Below the pieces are notes generated by a model that saw only the letters and a program-made list of their open reading frames with translations, ran no database searches and was not told the DNA's origin. From the human T2T-CHM13v2.0 reference genome, Homo sapiens: a stretch of DNA of 64,000 nucleotides. The stretch's first letter is position 1. Every line of letters starts with the position of its first letter. Of this stretch, positions 39,284-53,380 are shown in pieces. The translations under genes and the position numbers were made by a program. The stretch lies in NCBI RefSeq assembly GCF_009914755.1, contig NC_060940.1, one strand, 5' to 3'.

Positions 39284-39373
39284 AAGGCAGAGTTATTTAT
39301 CTGTGTTGTTTTGTTTTTAAAGATTCCCTGGGTGATCCTAGTGTGTAGCCAAGATTGAATATTATTGACCTAG

Positions 39374-39565
39374 AGCAGAGTTGGCAAACTTTTCATTTAA
39401 AGGGCCAGTTAGTAAATATTTTAGGCTTTGCAGACCACCTACATATTTTGCCACATATTCTTTGTTTGTTTAAAAATGTAAAAATAATTCTTAGATTGCA
39501 GGCTGTACAAAAATAGGCCATACCCAGATTTGGCCCACAGGTCACATTGCTTATTGATTCCTGGT
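39374..39565 (+). mobile_element. MER58 family element
   Basis: 'cagagttggcaaacttttc..aagggccagttagtaaatattttaggctttgca..gatttggcccacagg'. Confidence 0.75.
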
Positions 39566-40905
39566 CTAGAGACCATAGCCCTGGAGGTTCCATGATCTAA
39601 TATATTTTTTGGTTTCATCTAGAATCCAATGAACACATGGACCCAACACTCCTTTGGCCAAGTTGATGATTCTCCACCATTTATTTGCCTGCCTCACTAT
39701 ACACTTCTAGCAAGCCACTGCAAGGCTGCATTGCAGCTAAGAGGAAGCCCTCCTTGAAGGCTGCACAGCAAGGAGTGTTGGCAGAGTAGCTGGGTTTCCA
39801 CTGGGAGAGCACGAGTCAGCATCATGCTGGGCTCAAGCATGGATATGCACTGCTGCTGCCAGAGCATCATAATTTGCAAGCATTTATCGAGTACCCTTCA
39901 TCTAATTTTCATCCTGCGGAAACTAGAAATTGCTACACTTGCACACAATAAACTTCTGGCAGTTAGCCTTCTAAACTGGGACACTACCATTTGGGAGGGA
40001 AAAGACCTTTCTGGTGGTTAAAGATGGGGCTTCCAGTTACTGCATTTGTTTTAATACAGTCTATTCCATAGAGCCATCGATGGAGACTCATTATATAACC
40101 TTTCGTGGAAAGCTTCTGACTTCTTTCTCAATGCACAGGTGGGATGTAAAGGGACATCCCCATCATAAGGCACTTGCCCCAGGCTAGGAACTTAATTCTC
40201 CCACTGTCGACATGTGGCTCTTTAGATTTCATGCTGTAAGTCTCCAGAGGTTTCTCAGGTCTTGCCCTGCAGAAGCAGAAGTCATGGGAAGGAGCTGTCG
40301 CGTAGTTCTTTTTTTTTGGAGCTTGGGTGCTGAAGATCAGTTCCTCCAACTTTTTGGTTTTTTAATGTTTCACTCCAACTGCAAATTTCACCCCATTTCT
40401 AGTGTACTCTCCTTGAGAGAAGTGGAGTTTCAGATGGGAGCAACTTCACTTGAAGCCCATATTAAATATGGGAAACACATTTTCTGCATCATAAGATGGG
40501 GACATTTTTATGATACCAGTACTCTTAGGAAGTGGACTGTTCAGAAAAATGATTTGGATTGAAGAGGGCACACATATAGGTGGAAGAGTTGGTTGTGAAA
40601 CAAGGGGAAGAATTAACTGGTTTCTCCACTGAAGGAGGGAGGAAAAAAATAAAAGGAAAGAATATGGGTATATCCAGCAAGACAGACAAATGTATGCTCT
40701 CCAAGCACTCTCTCTCTCACCTATCCCAGTTCTTTCATGTTACAAAATTCACAAAATGGCTGTGTGTACATGAATTTTGGTGGAAACAGTGAAGAAACTG
40801 AGCTTCATGCTGACATTGACACAGAGTAGGACAGCTCTAAGGTAGCCTATGTGAATGAGCAATGGAGAAAGAGGGAAAAACATAAGGAGTTAACCCCAAA
40901 AAATT

Positions 40906-41262
<357 letters not shown>

Positions 41263-41370
41263 TTAGCTGTTGTTTAAAGTTAACTAAATCCCGATCTGAT
41301 GTTTATTCTCTTATTTTTAGCTATTGTTTAAAGTTAACTAAATCCCGATCTGATGTTTATTCTCTTATTT
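41263..41370. repeat. 54-bp tandem duplication
   Basis: 41263-41316 and 41317-41370 differ at one base. Confidence 0.95.
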
Positions 41371-43396
41371 TTATTTTTAATTTAATAAGTGCTTCACGTG
41401 ACTTTTGAGTTATAGCTGACTGCCCTAGCTCACATTTTAGTGCCAGAGTAAGTATCAAATGGTAGATTTATTTCTCTTTTTTATAAAAGAAAATCAATAA
41501 CCAGTTTGCAATGCCTTTGGTAGAAATTCAATGACTAACATAAGGTTTTACTTTATCAAGAAGCTGGGATATTGTCAACAGCTATCCAAGTAACTGATTC
41601 AAAATCCAATTGTGAAAACATTTACTGGGCACTCTCTGCATGCAAAGCAGTGAGAAGGTGCTGGGAAGATTAAGAAAAATCAGGTGCAGTCTCCCTCCTT
41701 AGGAGAAATGGCACAAAATAGCATGGTCATGGAACCAGAGCAGTGATTCTGACATGCATTTCAGAGACAAACATGGTGGAGGCCATGTGACTTAATCAGC
41801 AGGATGGAACTAAAATAGGGCTGCCTAGGATTATACAAACTATGCTGTTGCTGCTGGAGATTCCCAAACTGTGGCCTACCAATGTCATGGCAGGTGGGGG
41901 ATAAGTGGACGATGAATCCCTTCAGTGCACCATTCAAGGGCTTTCAGCCTGAAATAAGCTAATACTATGAGCAGAATGCCCAGGAAGGGTTTATGAAGGG
42001 TATACCATACTCCCAAGATCAAAATCACCTCTTGAGGAATCCCTCCCAAAGGACTCACAGTCATCTTCCAAAAGGCTTTTAGAAAAAACTAAAGGATATG
42101 TTTTTCCAAGAGCCTGATGTCTTAGTGGTCTGGAAGACATCCTGGGAATTGTCTGGAAAGGAGGCATTGGACCTCTAGCTGTGATGAGATATAGGAATAA
42201 GGAGTGGTGGGCTAAGTGTGCATCTAGTATGCAAAATAGAGAGAACAGTAAGTGTGATGAGAATAAGAAGGTAGTTGCCCAAAAGCAAATTTAATTCTCT
42301 CCTACTCCTACTGGAGAGAAGAACAAGGGATTTGGAGGAAACACAGCAATGCAGCATCCACAGGCACATAGTATATGCTCAATAAATATTTTTTTTCAAA
42401 TAATATACAAATATAGAAATAAGGTCTACAAACATCACTTGAGAAGCACAGGATGTGATTCACTCTTCAGAGCCAAATTTTATTTGTGGTATCACTTTAA
42501 AAGGCAGCAGCAGTAGTGCTACTGAGACCATTTCCGCTGGGAGAGAAGTTCTGAGGACTCTGAAAACTTATAGGAAGAGGCAGGCAAGACCAGAGATAGT
42601 GATAAGTAAAGTGATTAACTGAGGAGCTGTGTGGGGGGAAAAGGATGTCTCAACTTAGCCAAGGTTCAGAGATAACAGAAGCTTTTCACCAAATGAAAGG
42701 TGACTGAGTGACCAACTGTCACTGACTTCAGGAATAACTTGCAGACAGAACAGGTAGACTCAGACAGCATTCTCAGGTGAAGACCTCAAGGGAATTCAGC
42801 TAGTTGAGGCAGCCCCAAAACCTGGTGGGAATCCAGCTCATTTCTGGGAAACCTGAACAAGAACGGATTCATAGATCTCAAAATTGTACAAAGAGAAATT
42901 TACCAATAAACACAGGAAAAAATAAAATTTCCTGGAAATATCAGCTACCAACAAATATATTTTCAGGTGTGCTTCAGGATTAAGGTTTATAAAAGTGTGT
43001 TAAGAAATGAAAATATTGTTTGTGTGGGTGGTGGTTGTGTTCCTGGGGCAAAAAAAAGAGAGAGAGAGAGAGAATTGCAACTCCAACTCTTCTTTTTATA
43101 TATGAGAAAACTGAAACTTGGAATGATAAAGTGACTCACTCAAAGTCTCCACACCTACTTGGTAGCAAGTCTTTATTCATAGCTGCATATAATATATCAC
43201 CACCTGACATATTATATATTCTTCTATTTGAATATTCTTTCCATTAAAATGGGACTTTATTTGCTCACAATAATATTCCCAGAAGCTAGAACAGTGCCCG
43301 GCACTAAGGAAATACTCAGTAAACATGTGCTGAATGAGACAATGATTTAAATCTTTAGACTCATATTCCAATGCCATTTAGATTACACCATCCTGT

Positions 43397-43721
43397 GAGT
43401 TTGTGTCCTTTGCAGGGACATGGATGAAGCTGGAAACCATCATTCTCAGCAAACTAACACAAGAACAGGAAACCAAACACCACATATTCTCACTCATAAG
43501 TGGGAGTTGAACAATGAGGACACATGGACACAAGGAAGGGAATATCACAACACGGGGCCTGTCAGGGGGTTGGGGGCTAGGAGAAGGACAGCATTAGGAG
43601 AAATACCTAATGTAGATAACGGGTTGATGGGTGCAGCAAACCACCATGGCACGTGTATACCTATGTAACAAACCTGCATGTTCTGCACATGTATCCCAGA
43701 ACTTAAAGTATATTAAAAAAA
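43397..43721 (+). mobile_element. 5'-truncated L1PA 3' end with 17-bp TSD
   Basis: L1PA 3'UTR; AGATTACACCATCCTGT at 43380-43396 and 43722-43738. Confidence 0.95.
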
Positions 43722-43831
43722 AGATTACACCATCCTGTTCTCTAAGTATAGGGGAACTGGCAGCACTCAAATCAACACATATTTACCAGGTACACATTAC
43801 ATGCCTGGCACTGTACTTGTGGGAAGAAGAG

Positions 43832-44360
43832 ATGTATTAGTGAGGACTCTTTCAGAGCAAAATGCAAAACTCAACTGAAACTAGCTTAAACCTAAAAAGG
43901 TGGAGGGGGAATTTGTTGGTTTATGTGACTGAAAAGTTCTAGAGTAATACTTTCAGAAATGGCTTGAACTAGAGCACAAACAGAGTTATCCAGGCTTTCT
44001 TTCTTACTCACGGCTCTGCTTTTCCATGCATTGGCTTCACTCTTGGTCATGATTTCTCCAGAAAATAACCTTGGTGCTTCAGGAAAGAAATTTCCTTTAT
44101 CCTAACAATTCAAGCAAAACTCTAGGTAGGGCTCTTATTGGTCCAGCTTGGATCATGTACCCATTCACAAATGAGTTACACTGATGCAGTATTTTGCTTA
44201 ACCAGAGTGGATCAAGCGTCCACCCATGGAACCAGAGATGAAGTCAGCCCCTTCTAAACTACATTGAACTGGACTAAGTGTGATCCTCTAAAAGAAAATT
44301 GCAATACCCCATCCAAAAGAAGAGATTTGCTGTAAAGGTTAAGATCATACACATCCTCCT
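43832..44360 (-). mobile_element. Old MLT1 (K/L-type) LTR
   Basis: 'tgtattagtgaggactctttc..aaaactcaactgaaactagcttaa', 'ctcttattggtccagcttggatcatgt'. Confidence 0.6.
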
Positions 44361-46042
44361 GCACCCTGCAAAGAGGGTATGGGGGTCAAAGCATTTAAAT
44401 GAGTCTCTAAGTCTCAGAAGGTTAAAACTTTCTTGGGGGAAAAACATAAATCAATAAGTAATATAAAATAGCACTTCATTAAGATAAAATATGAGCTCCT
44501 ATTTATCATGGGCTTATTACACTGTATAAAACCATAGCAATAATTATAAAAGCTCAACATCCTTTTAATATACAATGTTGTGCTCTGTACATGGACACCT
44601 CTACACAACCTGTGATTGATATTTCTATATCTGATCCTTGTAAGCTATTAATATGGCACGGCCAGGTAGCCAACAGTTCAGGTTCGGTCTTACTGTTATC
44701 TTTTTAGAGCAGTGTTCATGCAATTGATGGCCATTTTATTGTTTTCTGCTTTTAAAAAATAAAAGTAAAGAAGAAGAAAAAGATAGTACATGAAATGATT
44801 ATATAACTATATAATAATAATTATCTTAAATTTCATGAAGCTCAAGCATGGGCGTCACTAGGTGAGGGAAAATTAGCGAGCCTCCCTCCTCAGTTGAATG
44901 CTCTTTGGACCACAGTTGACTAGGAGTTCAAATATAAAGGAAGACAATTAAAGAATAGATACTGGACTCAGGAAATGTAATTTTGTCAGCTTTCATAATA
45001 AGTCTACCTATTGCACGTATTTCTCTCACATACCTTTCGGGACTCGGTTGTCTATGAATGTGGAGACCTGCCTATCTGTGCATCAGGGCATGAGAGCTAT
45101 CTAGATCTGTGTTGATTAAACTTTTGTTATTCACAATGTTTGCTCTATTTTCCTAACTCCTCTCCTATCACTTAGCATTTCCCCTTAATTCCCCTTTTTA
45201 CTTAAGTACATTTATTTTTAAAGGAAGATCTGTGTCACAAACATAAATGGAACGCTGGTATCTCTGTCATAAATCAAAAGCATCTGAAAAATAAAACAAT
45301 CTTATTAAATTCCAGATAGATACTGCTGCCAAGCCTCTAAGCCCAAGGCCTGCTCTCTCTTTATTAAGAAAAAATGATTAGCAAGCATCAGAGAGTTAGT
45401 AAAGACATATTAGCACCAAACTTGAACTTTTTCCCTTGCCTTGAAGATAAGAATTGAAAGAGAATCGAAAGGCAGTGACTTCATCACGGTAAGACATTGT
45501 TTAATCCCTTGTTCAAGTGCTACCTACAGAGATCCCAGACCACCACCCATGATCCCAGGCTGGAGGAAGCAGCAGGCTAGCGGAATTCAGGACCAATGAG
45601 CCAGGAAAGAGGTACTGGTGAAGACTTCCTGGAGGCAGTGACACTTGAGCTTGTCCTTACAGGGTTGGAATGGTTTTGACTCTCTTCTGTGGGAAATGCC
45701 ACTTGGTAAGGATGCAGGCAGGAACGGGCATGCAGTTAGTTCTGCCTGAAGGACCAGTGGTGCCCAGTCCTGTCGGAGCGTCCTCAGAGCCAGGGTATTC
45801 ATGCAGTGTAGTGGGGAGGAGCAGGGAGCCTCCATTCCGTTGGCTCTTCAATCTTTTATTTTAATCAGTTGCTTCTCACTCCAGTTAACGTTCCTCAGCA
45901 CAGATCTTTGTCACTAATGGTATGATTCTCACCTAGGACCCAATGCAGAGCTCACATCCCACCCTCCTTCCCCCATGACAAAGCACTGGCAAACCCTGCC
46001 AAAGAAGAAGCTTGGCTGCAAAGCAGTCTGGAACTGGACCCG

Positions 46043-46148
46043 GGATAGATTCACCAGGAGCTCACCACCACAGGGAATGCTGCACTTTGACTGGACAGAA
46101 TGCATCCTCCATGCCCACAGAGCATGTGCCCAGGATGAATCTCACTGT
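46043..46148 (+). repeat. 106-bp local duplication, copy A
   Basis: Ungapped match to 47269-47374 with 13 mismatches. Confidence 0.9.
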
Positions 46149-47268
46149 ATCCCAGTTCCTCATGCTTGGCCCCAAACCTCTTTTTCACAGTAATAAAGAA
46201 AACACACTTTACAAAAAGGCAGTTCATCTATGAACATATTGGCTAGGATAACACATCTTAGAGCTAAATGTGTCACTGTAAATGGACTCATTTTATATCT
46301 CCACATACTGTAGATGTTTAAAAAAAGGTACATGCACAGAAACTATGGGAACTGAACTGGAGTATGAGCCAATTACCCTAGACTTTGCTGTAATCTGACT
46401 TTTGTGTAGCACATTTTCTTTAGCATTTTTCTTAATGGGGGATGGGGAGTGGAGGCAAAGGAGACAAACTGACAGCAGAGCATTTTATTTAGACAAAAGA
46501 AATATATTCAGCCTGTCTTAAATTATTTGTCATTATAATGACGTTTTCTAATTTAAAAGTATTTTGCTTAATAATATATAATTGAATATTATATGCAATT
46601 AATCATATCATCATAGCTCTTTAAAGATTTATCTCTCAATATCTAATTAATTACGAGGTCTTGTTTCTTCCATCTTCAAAATACACCTGGAATTTTTACT
46701 TATTCCTATCTCTACTGTCTTAAGCCTAGTCCAAGTCAATGTCCTCTCTTATTAGAAAACTGTGGAAACCTCCTCCTTGGTATCCTGCTTTGCATTCTTG
46801 TCCTTAAATAATCTATTCTTCAAATAGCAGTCAGAGGACTTTTCTAATCCTATTGTTCTCACTCTTAAATCTCTCAGAGCCTCCCCACCGATCTCAAGGT
46901 AGAGCCCAATTTCCTTCTAGAATCCTATAAGGCCCCTATCCAGCTTCATCTCTCACCACACACCCTTCCTTGCTCATACTCTGCTGATCTTGAGCTCTGG
47001 CCTGGAGACAAGCCTTCTTGTGTAGTGGTTAGAGATCCTGGCTCCCCACCTGATTAGCTATATGATGTTGGATGAGTTACTTAACCATTAGACTTGCCTC
47101 ATTGCCAAGGCAGGGGCAACAATGATCCTTATCTCCTAAGCTCATTTTAGAAATATATGGGTTAAAATAACTTCAACAGGTTTGCACTAGCCAGAGGCTG
47201 GAGGGCATTTTAAGATTTTGTTCTCTCTGGGAAAAAGGGACCTTCTTTCCACATCTCCTTCGTACCTT

Positions 47269-47374
47269 GGATAGATTCACCAGGAGCTCATCATCACAGT
47301 GAATGCTGCACTTTGACCAGACAGAATGCATCCTGAGTGCCCACAGAGAATGTGCCTGTGATGAGTCTCACTGT
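47269..47374 (+). repeat. 106-bp local duplication, copy B
   Basis: Ungapped match to 46043-46148. Confidence 0.9.
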
Positions 47375-47418
47375 CAGAACACACCAGTGCAAACCTTACT
47401 TACCCATCAGGTCCTATC

Positions 47419-47645
47419 TGTTATGGGCTTCATTGTGTTCCCCCCAAAGTTTGTACACTGAAGCCCTAAACCCCAGTAGTTTAGAATGAAACTGTATTTG
47501 AAAACAAGGTCTTTAAAAGGTGATTAAGTTAAAATGAAGCCACTGGTATGGTTCCTTACTCAATCTTACTGCTGTTCATCCAAGAAGAGGAAATTTGGAC
47601 ATACAAAGAGATGCCCAGGGATGCAGGCACGCACGTGCATGCGCG

Positions 47646-47676
<31 letters not shown>

Positions 47677-47884
47677 AGAAAAGCCCATGTGAGTACAGAG
47701 TGAGAAGACAGATATCTGCAAACCAAAGAGAGAGTCCTCAGGAAAAAGAAAAAAAAAAACCTGCTGACAGCTTGATCTTGGACTTCTAGCCCCTACAAAT
47801 GTGAGAAAATAAATTTCTAAATTTCTGTTGTTTAAGGCACCCAGACTGTCATATTTTGTTATGGCAACCCTAGCAAACTAACAT
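47419..47884 (+). mobile_element. MLT1A/B/C-type MaLR LTR
   Basis: tgttatggg..'gaagccctaaaccccagta'..'cttgatcttggacttctagcc'..'atggcaaccctagcaaactaaca'; an MLT2-like 3' fragment follows to ~48062. Confidence 0.8.
47627..47677. repeat. Alternating purine-pyrimidine tract with (GC)7 and (AC)n
   Basis: 51 bp of uninterrupted RY alternation. Confidence 0.9.
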
Positions 47885-47966
47885 AGAGTTGCAGATTTTG
47901 AACTTACCAAGCCTCCACAATTGTATGAGCCAATTCCTTTAAATATCTATTATCTAGCTCGCTCGC

Positions 47967-48020
<54 letters not shown>
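47967..48020. repeat. (TCTA)n tetranucleotide STR, ~13 units
   Basis: Directly visible perfect repeat. Confidence 0.95.
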
Positions 48021-48021
<1 letters not shown>

Positions 48022-49112
48022 CATCTTATTGGTTCTGTTTCTCTAGCTAACCCTAACAAATATACTGTCCTAAGAGTAATTGCCTTAGGAGGGTGCCCTT
48101 GCCTGAACATGAAAATGGATTCTGCCATCGTGGATCCTTGGGATGTCTGCATGTTTCCTTCCAGCACCTGCAGGAACAAATGGTTACATTTATGATTATG
48201 TATTCACCATCCATCCATCCATCACACAGTGATGTCCTAGAGTAAATGGCCATGTCTATTGTTTACTGCCACACCCCAAGGACCTATCATGTTAAATTAG
48301 TGTTGGATGAATAGACATGGAAGATCCTGTGAAGTCTCAATTTCATATTATCTGTTTGCTCTTATAACTCACAAGAAAATTAAAAGAACACATCTTTTTG
48401 TAGAGCTGATTGATATATTCACCAATACGATTAAGGTATTCATCACCCGTCAGTCTCTTATTTTAAACCAATATTTTACTGGGTTTATGTATTCAGTGCG
48501 AGAAAAACTTTACTCCAAATCCCTTATTATTATGGCTCCTTGTACCTTAAAGTCATACAGGTGCACTCAATATAAACGTGAGTGGGCGAGGGATGGAGCA
48601 GCTGTGATTGACAACAGTGACAATAGACTGTGGAGCAAGAAGTGACAGAAGTTTGCTGACTGGATTCTATATTTAATATTTCCAAGCAAATTAATTCTGT
48701 CACCTTTGTGAGACTTAGCTATGCTTCAGGGCATGACATTTTAGCCATGGTTTTTTTCTTCAGTTTTTTTGCATCTTGGATTGCAAACTTCTGGCTCTTA
48801 AATAAAAATAATGCTACATTGTTTATTTGCAAAGTAACCACATGGGACAGGGGAAAATGCACCAGAGGGGTAACCAATAGAGTGATCCAACTGGCGCAAA
48901 TTGTGTGCTTTTCTTAGATACCTTCCTTCTCATTACCTCTATCCTCAACTCTCTGTCTGCTACAATAAGGGGATGATTTAGATTTTTCTAAAGACTCCCT
49001 CCAACAATGGGAGCTTATGACTGAACACTTGACTCACCTGGCAGGTAAGAAGACCAGTGTCTTCCGTGCTGTGTCTCTCAGGATTTGTTTCAGAAGTATT
49101 CTCTACCCCGTT

Positions 49113-49113
49113 T

Positions 49114-49150
<37 letters not shown>

Positions 49151-49182
49151 TTCTCTGTCTCTCTCTCTCTCTTTCTCTCTCC

Positions 49183-49214
<32 letters not shown>

Positions 49215-49223
49215 AACACACAC
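49113..49223. repeat. (CT)n(CA)n compound microsatellite
   Basis: Directly visible. Confidence 0.95.
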
Positions 49224-50453
49224 AATTATTAAGGTTTTATTATATTCCTGGTACTGTGATAGATGTTGGGGAAATATAAGAATAAATAAGAGTTGTCTGT
49301 CCTCCTGGAAATGAGAGGTAATGGGCACTGGCATTATTAGGTGATGAGTGCTCTGATAATAGAAGCTCTGGGTCCCCCTGAGTTTACATCATGAGCCCCT
49401 CACATAGCACTGTGTGGAGAGAAATCAGGGAAAGCTTCCTGGAGGGAGTGGAGCCTAAACTAACACTTCGAGGATGAGTGAGGTTCACCAGGTGAAGGTG
49501 TTGGAGTGTGTGTGTGTGAGTGTCCGCATGATGATCAGGTGTAAAGGACACATTCCAGGCAAAAGATTCCAGCCACACTGAGCTCTTCCCTGCTCCCTGA
49601 TGCTTACCTTCTTGGTCACTTTAATCATTGGTTCCATCTGGAAACTCTGTCTGTCATCTCTAATGATTCATAGTCCACCCATCCTTCAAGGCCTGGGTAA
49701 AATACCGTCCCTTCCAGGAAGTCTTCTCTGATTACTGGAACATCCAGAGCCAGCCTACGTGGTCCTCCCATCACATCAGTGATGAGTCACAATAGGCAAG
49801 CCACGTGAAACAGGGCCCCACAGGATACAAACATATATTCAATAAATAACAATAATCAAAAAAAGTCTGAAAATAATTTCTATTATTAGTACATACTCTT
49901 AGGAAAATGAAGAAAACCATACAGACTTCACAAGAATTGTTTTTAATAAATTCTATATTCTTATATTTCTCATATTTAATACCAAACAGTTTCTAACCAA
50001 AACATAACCCACTTAGCTCTTTTTTGCTCTCTCTGCTTCAGTGAGTCATTCTCTCTTTTTTTCAGAATAATCATGGAGGGGTGCTAATATGCATGCATTT
50101 CCCCTTCACATTTGCATGGAAATTTGTGCTATCAATATCTTACCTGACTCACCAGGCCAGTGATTCTTGTTTAAGGCAGAGAGGTTCCCAGTTGGAACTT
50201 TTTAAACTTCTACCAAGGAAGTTCTCAAAGAACATAAAAAGATTCTCTCTCAGTGAAGAAAAAACAATGCATTCTCTCTTCACCTCCAATTTTTTTTCTT
50301 TATGTACTTAATTCTTTAGCATTTGTTGAATATGAACTATGACAAAGTATAGGAAGAAGCCTTCCTACTCAAGTTCAGAGACCTTATGGTTTTGTGAAAA
50401 TATAAAATTAAGTTTCAGAGGAGGTTACCTTAGGGAAGGCCTTCACTGGAGCT

Positions 50454-50735
50454 TTTTATTTTTTATTTTTTATTGTTTTATCTTTTCTTCTGAGACATGA
50501 TCTCACTCCACCATCCAGGCTAAAGTGTAGTAGCATGATCATGGCTCACTTCATCCTCAACCTCCAGGGCTCAAGTGATCCTCCCACCTCAGCCTCCCAG
50601 GTAGCTGTGACTACAGGCACATGCCACCATGCCTGACTAATTTGTTTTTTGTTTTTTGTGTTTTTTTGTTTGTTTGTTTTAGAGATGATGTCCCACTACA
50701 TTAGCCAGCCTGGTCTCAAACTCCTGGACTCGGTG
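50454..50735 (-). mobile_element. AluJ, 5'-truncated
   Basis: 'gctcaagtgatcctcccacctcagcctccc', 'ggtctcaaactcctgg'. Confidence 0.85.
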
Positions 50736-52339
50736 CATCTTAATCTTAATCTTAAGAGTGTGCTACAGAATTGCTTAGAAAAAAAAAAGGAGTTAATGAG
50801 GCTGAAGTCTATATGAAGTTTAACTAGGTTTGCAGAAGGGGAAGTCTTTTTTTTTTTTCAGCATTGGTCTGTGTCTTTGGGTACTGCCAGACATATTGCA
50901 AATTCAGGCCACTGATCACAAGAAAAATCAGAAAAGAATTATTAATGCCTTAGAAAACCATTTTAAGACATTCCCACCTCAGTGAAACAGCCCAGCAAGA
51001 GCCTTGTGGTGGCAGGTCAACAGATCATCTTTGTACACAAAGCAGAGCGTTTTTCTGATGCAGAATCTCAGAACTCCCCAGAAGAGGCTAAACATCAGGC
51101 CTATGAATAAAGCTGCTACATAAACACAGGAAAAGCTACTGACGCATAGACCCATAGTTTAAGAAGGAGCTAAAGGTATTTCCTCGAAAATTAAGCAAGC
51201 AATAAATCTTCTTATTCACAAGAATGACCCATGTTCCCTCACCTTTGATAACAATGCAATTTTACTCATCCAGCAGCAAAAGAATTATCAAAACTTATGC
51301 TAGAAATATTATAAAGAGCTGGCCTGCCTGTTTCAAAATTCCTCCCAAGAGGAATCTACACAGCAATTCAGCATAAGCTATGAATGTTATTGGATTAATT
51401 AGAACACTTCAGAAAAATTTCAAGTGGGGAATTATAAAAATTCTGATGGAAATTATTCCCAGGAATGCTCTTAATATAGAAAAGTTACCGTATGAGGATT
51501 GAGATGGGGTGATAATTCATTAATGGCCTGAAAGTGTTCATGGTAAATTGGTACATAGCTATAAACACACATAATCTATTCATTATTTCATTCTCAATAC
51601 CTATGTAGAGTCTAATATGAATTGACAGTGTTTCGGTGCAAGGAACATGGTGGTGAACAAGCAGATAAAATCCTATCTTATGGACATACATTATAGGAAG
51701 AGACAGGAAACGTTCTCCTCTATAATGTATGGTCAAGATGCTAATAAAAGGTATAGGGAAGAAATGAAGCAGTATGAGAGAAAGGGAGGAAAGAGAGTTA
51801 GGATAGGATGGTTATCTTAGGATACTTCAAAAGGCTTTCTAAGGAAGTTTCATTTTAACAGAGGCCTGAATAATTGAAAGAACACGTCATGAGAGGTCTG
51901 GAGAAAATATCCCATATAAATGAAAGGAATGGGAATGAGCTTAGAATTCTGGGGTAATATCACAGAAATAGATGGTTAAACAGGCACTGTGGAGGAAAAT
52001 GACCCTTGGAAGGGGGAGAAGAAAGAATGTGAGATGTCAACAGGTTGGATGGATCATTCTTGTAGATACAGAATATTCCCCAATTAATAAACATGTGACT
52101 ATGTGAGAGACCTATTGAGCTGTTTAAACTGTCAAAAAATGGGATGTGGAGTGGCTCGAACATTAATAGATGACTGTATCAAAGAGAAGTTGTGCTGACA
52201 GCATGCATCTCAAAGGAAATGGTATTTAGGGAAGAAGAAAGGGTCTAGAAAAAGCAATGAGAAAAAAAGAGAGAAAATGTTCTATCTCTAGGCTCTGGTC
52301 CAAGATTAAAAAATAAGAAAAGTCATCACTTGATAAGCA

Positions 52340-52940
52340 GACCAATGTGGAAAGCAGTTTGGAGATGTCTCAAAGAACTTAAAGCAGAACTACCATTCAA
52401 CACAGCAATTCATTACTAGGTATGTATCCAAAAGAAAAGAAATCATTCTATCAAAGAGACACATGCACTTGTATGTTTATTGCAGCACTATTTGCAATAG
52501 TAAAGTGATGAAATCAGCCCAGGTGTCCATCAACGGTGGTCTGGATAAAGAAAATGTGGTACATATACACCATGGAATATTATGTAGCCACAAAAAATAA
52601 TAAAATCATGTTGACTGCAGCAATGTAGATACAGCTGGAGGCCATTACCCTAAGTGAATTAATGCAGGAACAGAAAACCAGATACCACATGTCCCCACTT
52701 ATAAGTGGGAGCTAAGCATTAGGTACACATGGACATAAAGATGAGAACAACATATGCTGGAAACTACTAGAGGGGAAGAGGGGAGGGGAGAAAGGGTTAA
52801 AAAACTACTGATTGGGTACTATGCTCACTACCTGGGTGAAAAGATCATTCATACCCAAAATATGCCCATGTAAGAAACCTGCACTTGTATCCCCAGAATC
52901 TAAAATAAAAGTTGAAATTATAAAAGAAAAAAGAAAGAAA
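52340..52940 (+). mobile_element. L1PB/old L1PA 3' end
   Basis: ORF2 C-terminal region and 3'UTR 'attgggtactatgctcactacctgggtga', then aataaa and an A-rich tail. Confidence 0.85.
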
Positions 52941-53015
52941 GCACCACAAGCTGAGGTGGGAGAAAACTTTGAGAAGTGATGGATCGGTCTATGGCTTTAA
53001 AGGTGGTAATGGATT

Positions 53016-53380
53016 TGATATGGTTTGGCTGTGCCCCCACCCAAATCTCACCTTGAATTATAGCTCTCATAATCCCCACATGTCATGGAAGGGACCCTGT
53101 GGGAGGTAATTGAATCATGGGGGTGGGTTTTTCCTGTGCTGTTCTCATGATAGTGAATAAGTCTCATGAGATCTGATGATTTTATAAAAGGGCAGCTCCC
53201 CTGCACATGCTCTCTTGCCTGCCGCCATGAAGACTTGCCTTTGCTCCTCCTTTGCTTTTTGCCATGATTGTGAGGCCTCCCCAGCCATGTGGAACTGTGA
53301 GTCCATTAAACCTCTTTTTCTTTGTAAATTACACAGTCTTGGGTATGTCTTTATTAGCAGCACGAGAACAGACTAATACA
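53016..53380 (+). mobile_element. THE1 solo LTR inserted into an L1M 3' tail
   Basis: tgatatggtttggctgtg...cagactaataca; TSD ggatt/ggttt. Confidence 0.9.

Noticed and set aside
52340-52940. L1PB-like 3' end as the missing tail of the L1 at 11353-14392
   Set aside because: It is 38 kb away, I see no shared TSD, and the host L1M resumes directly at 15812; an independent 5'-truncated insertion is simpler
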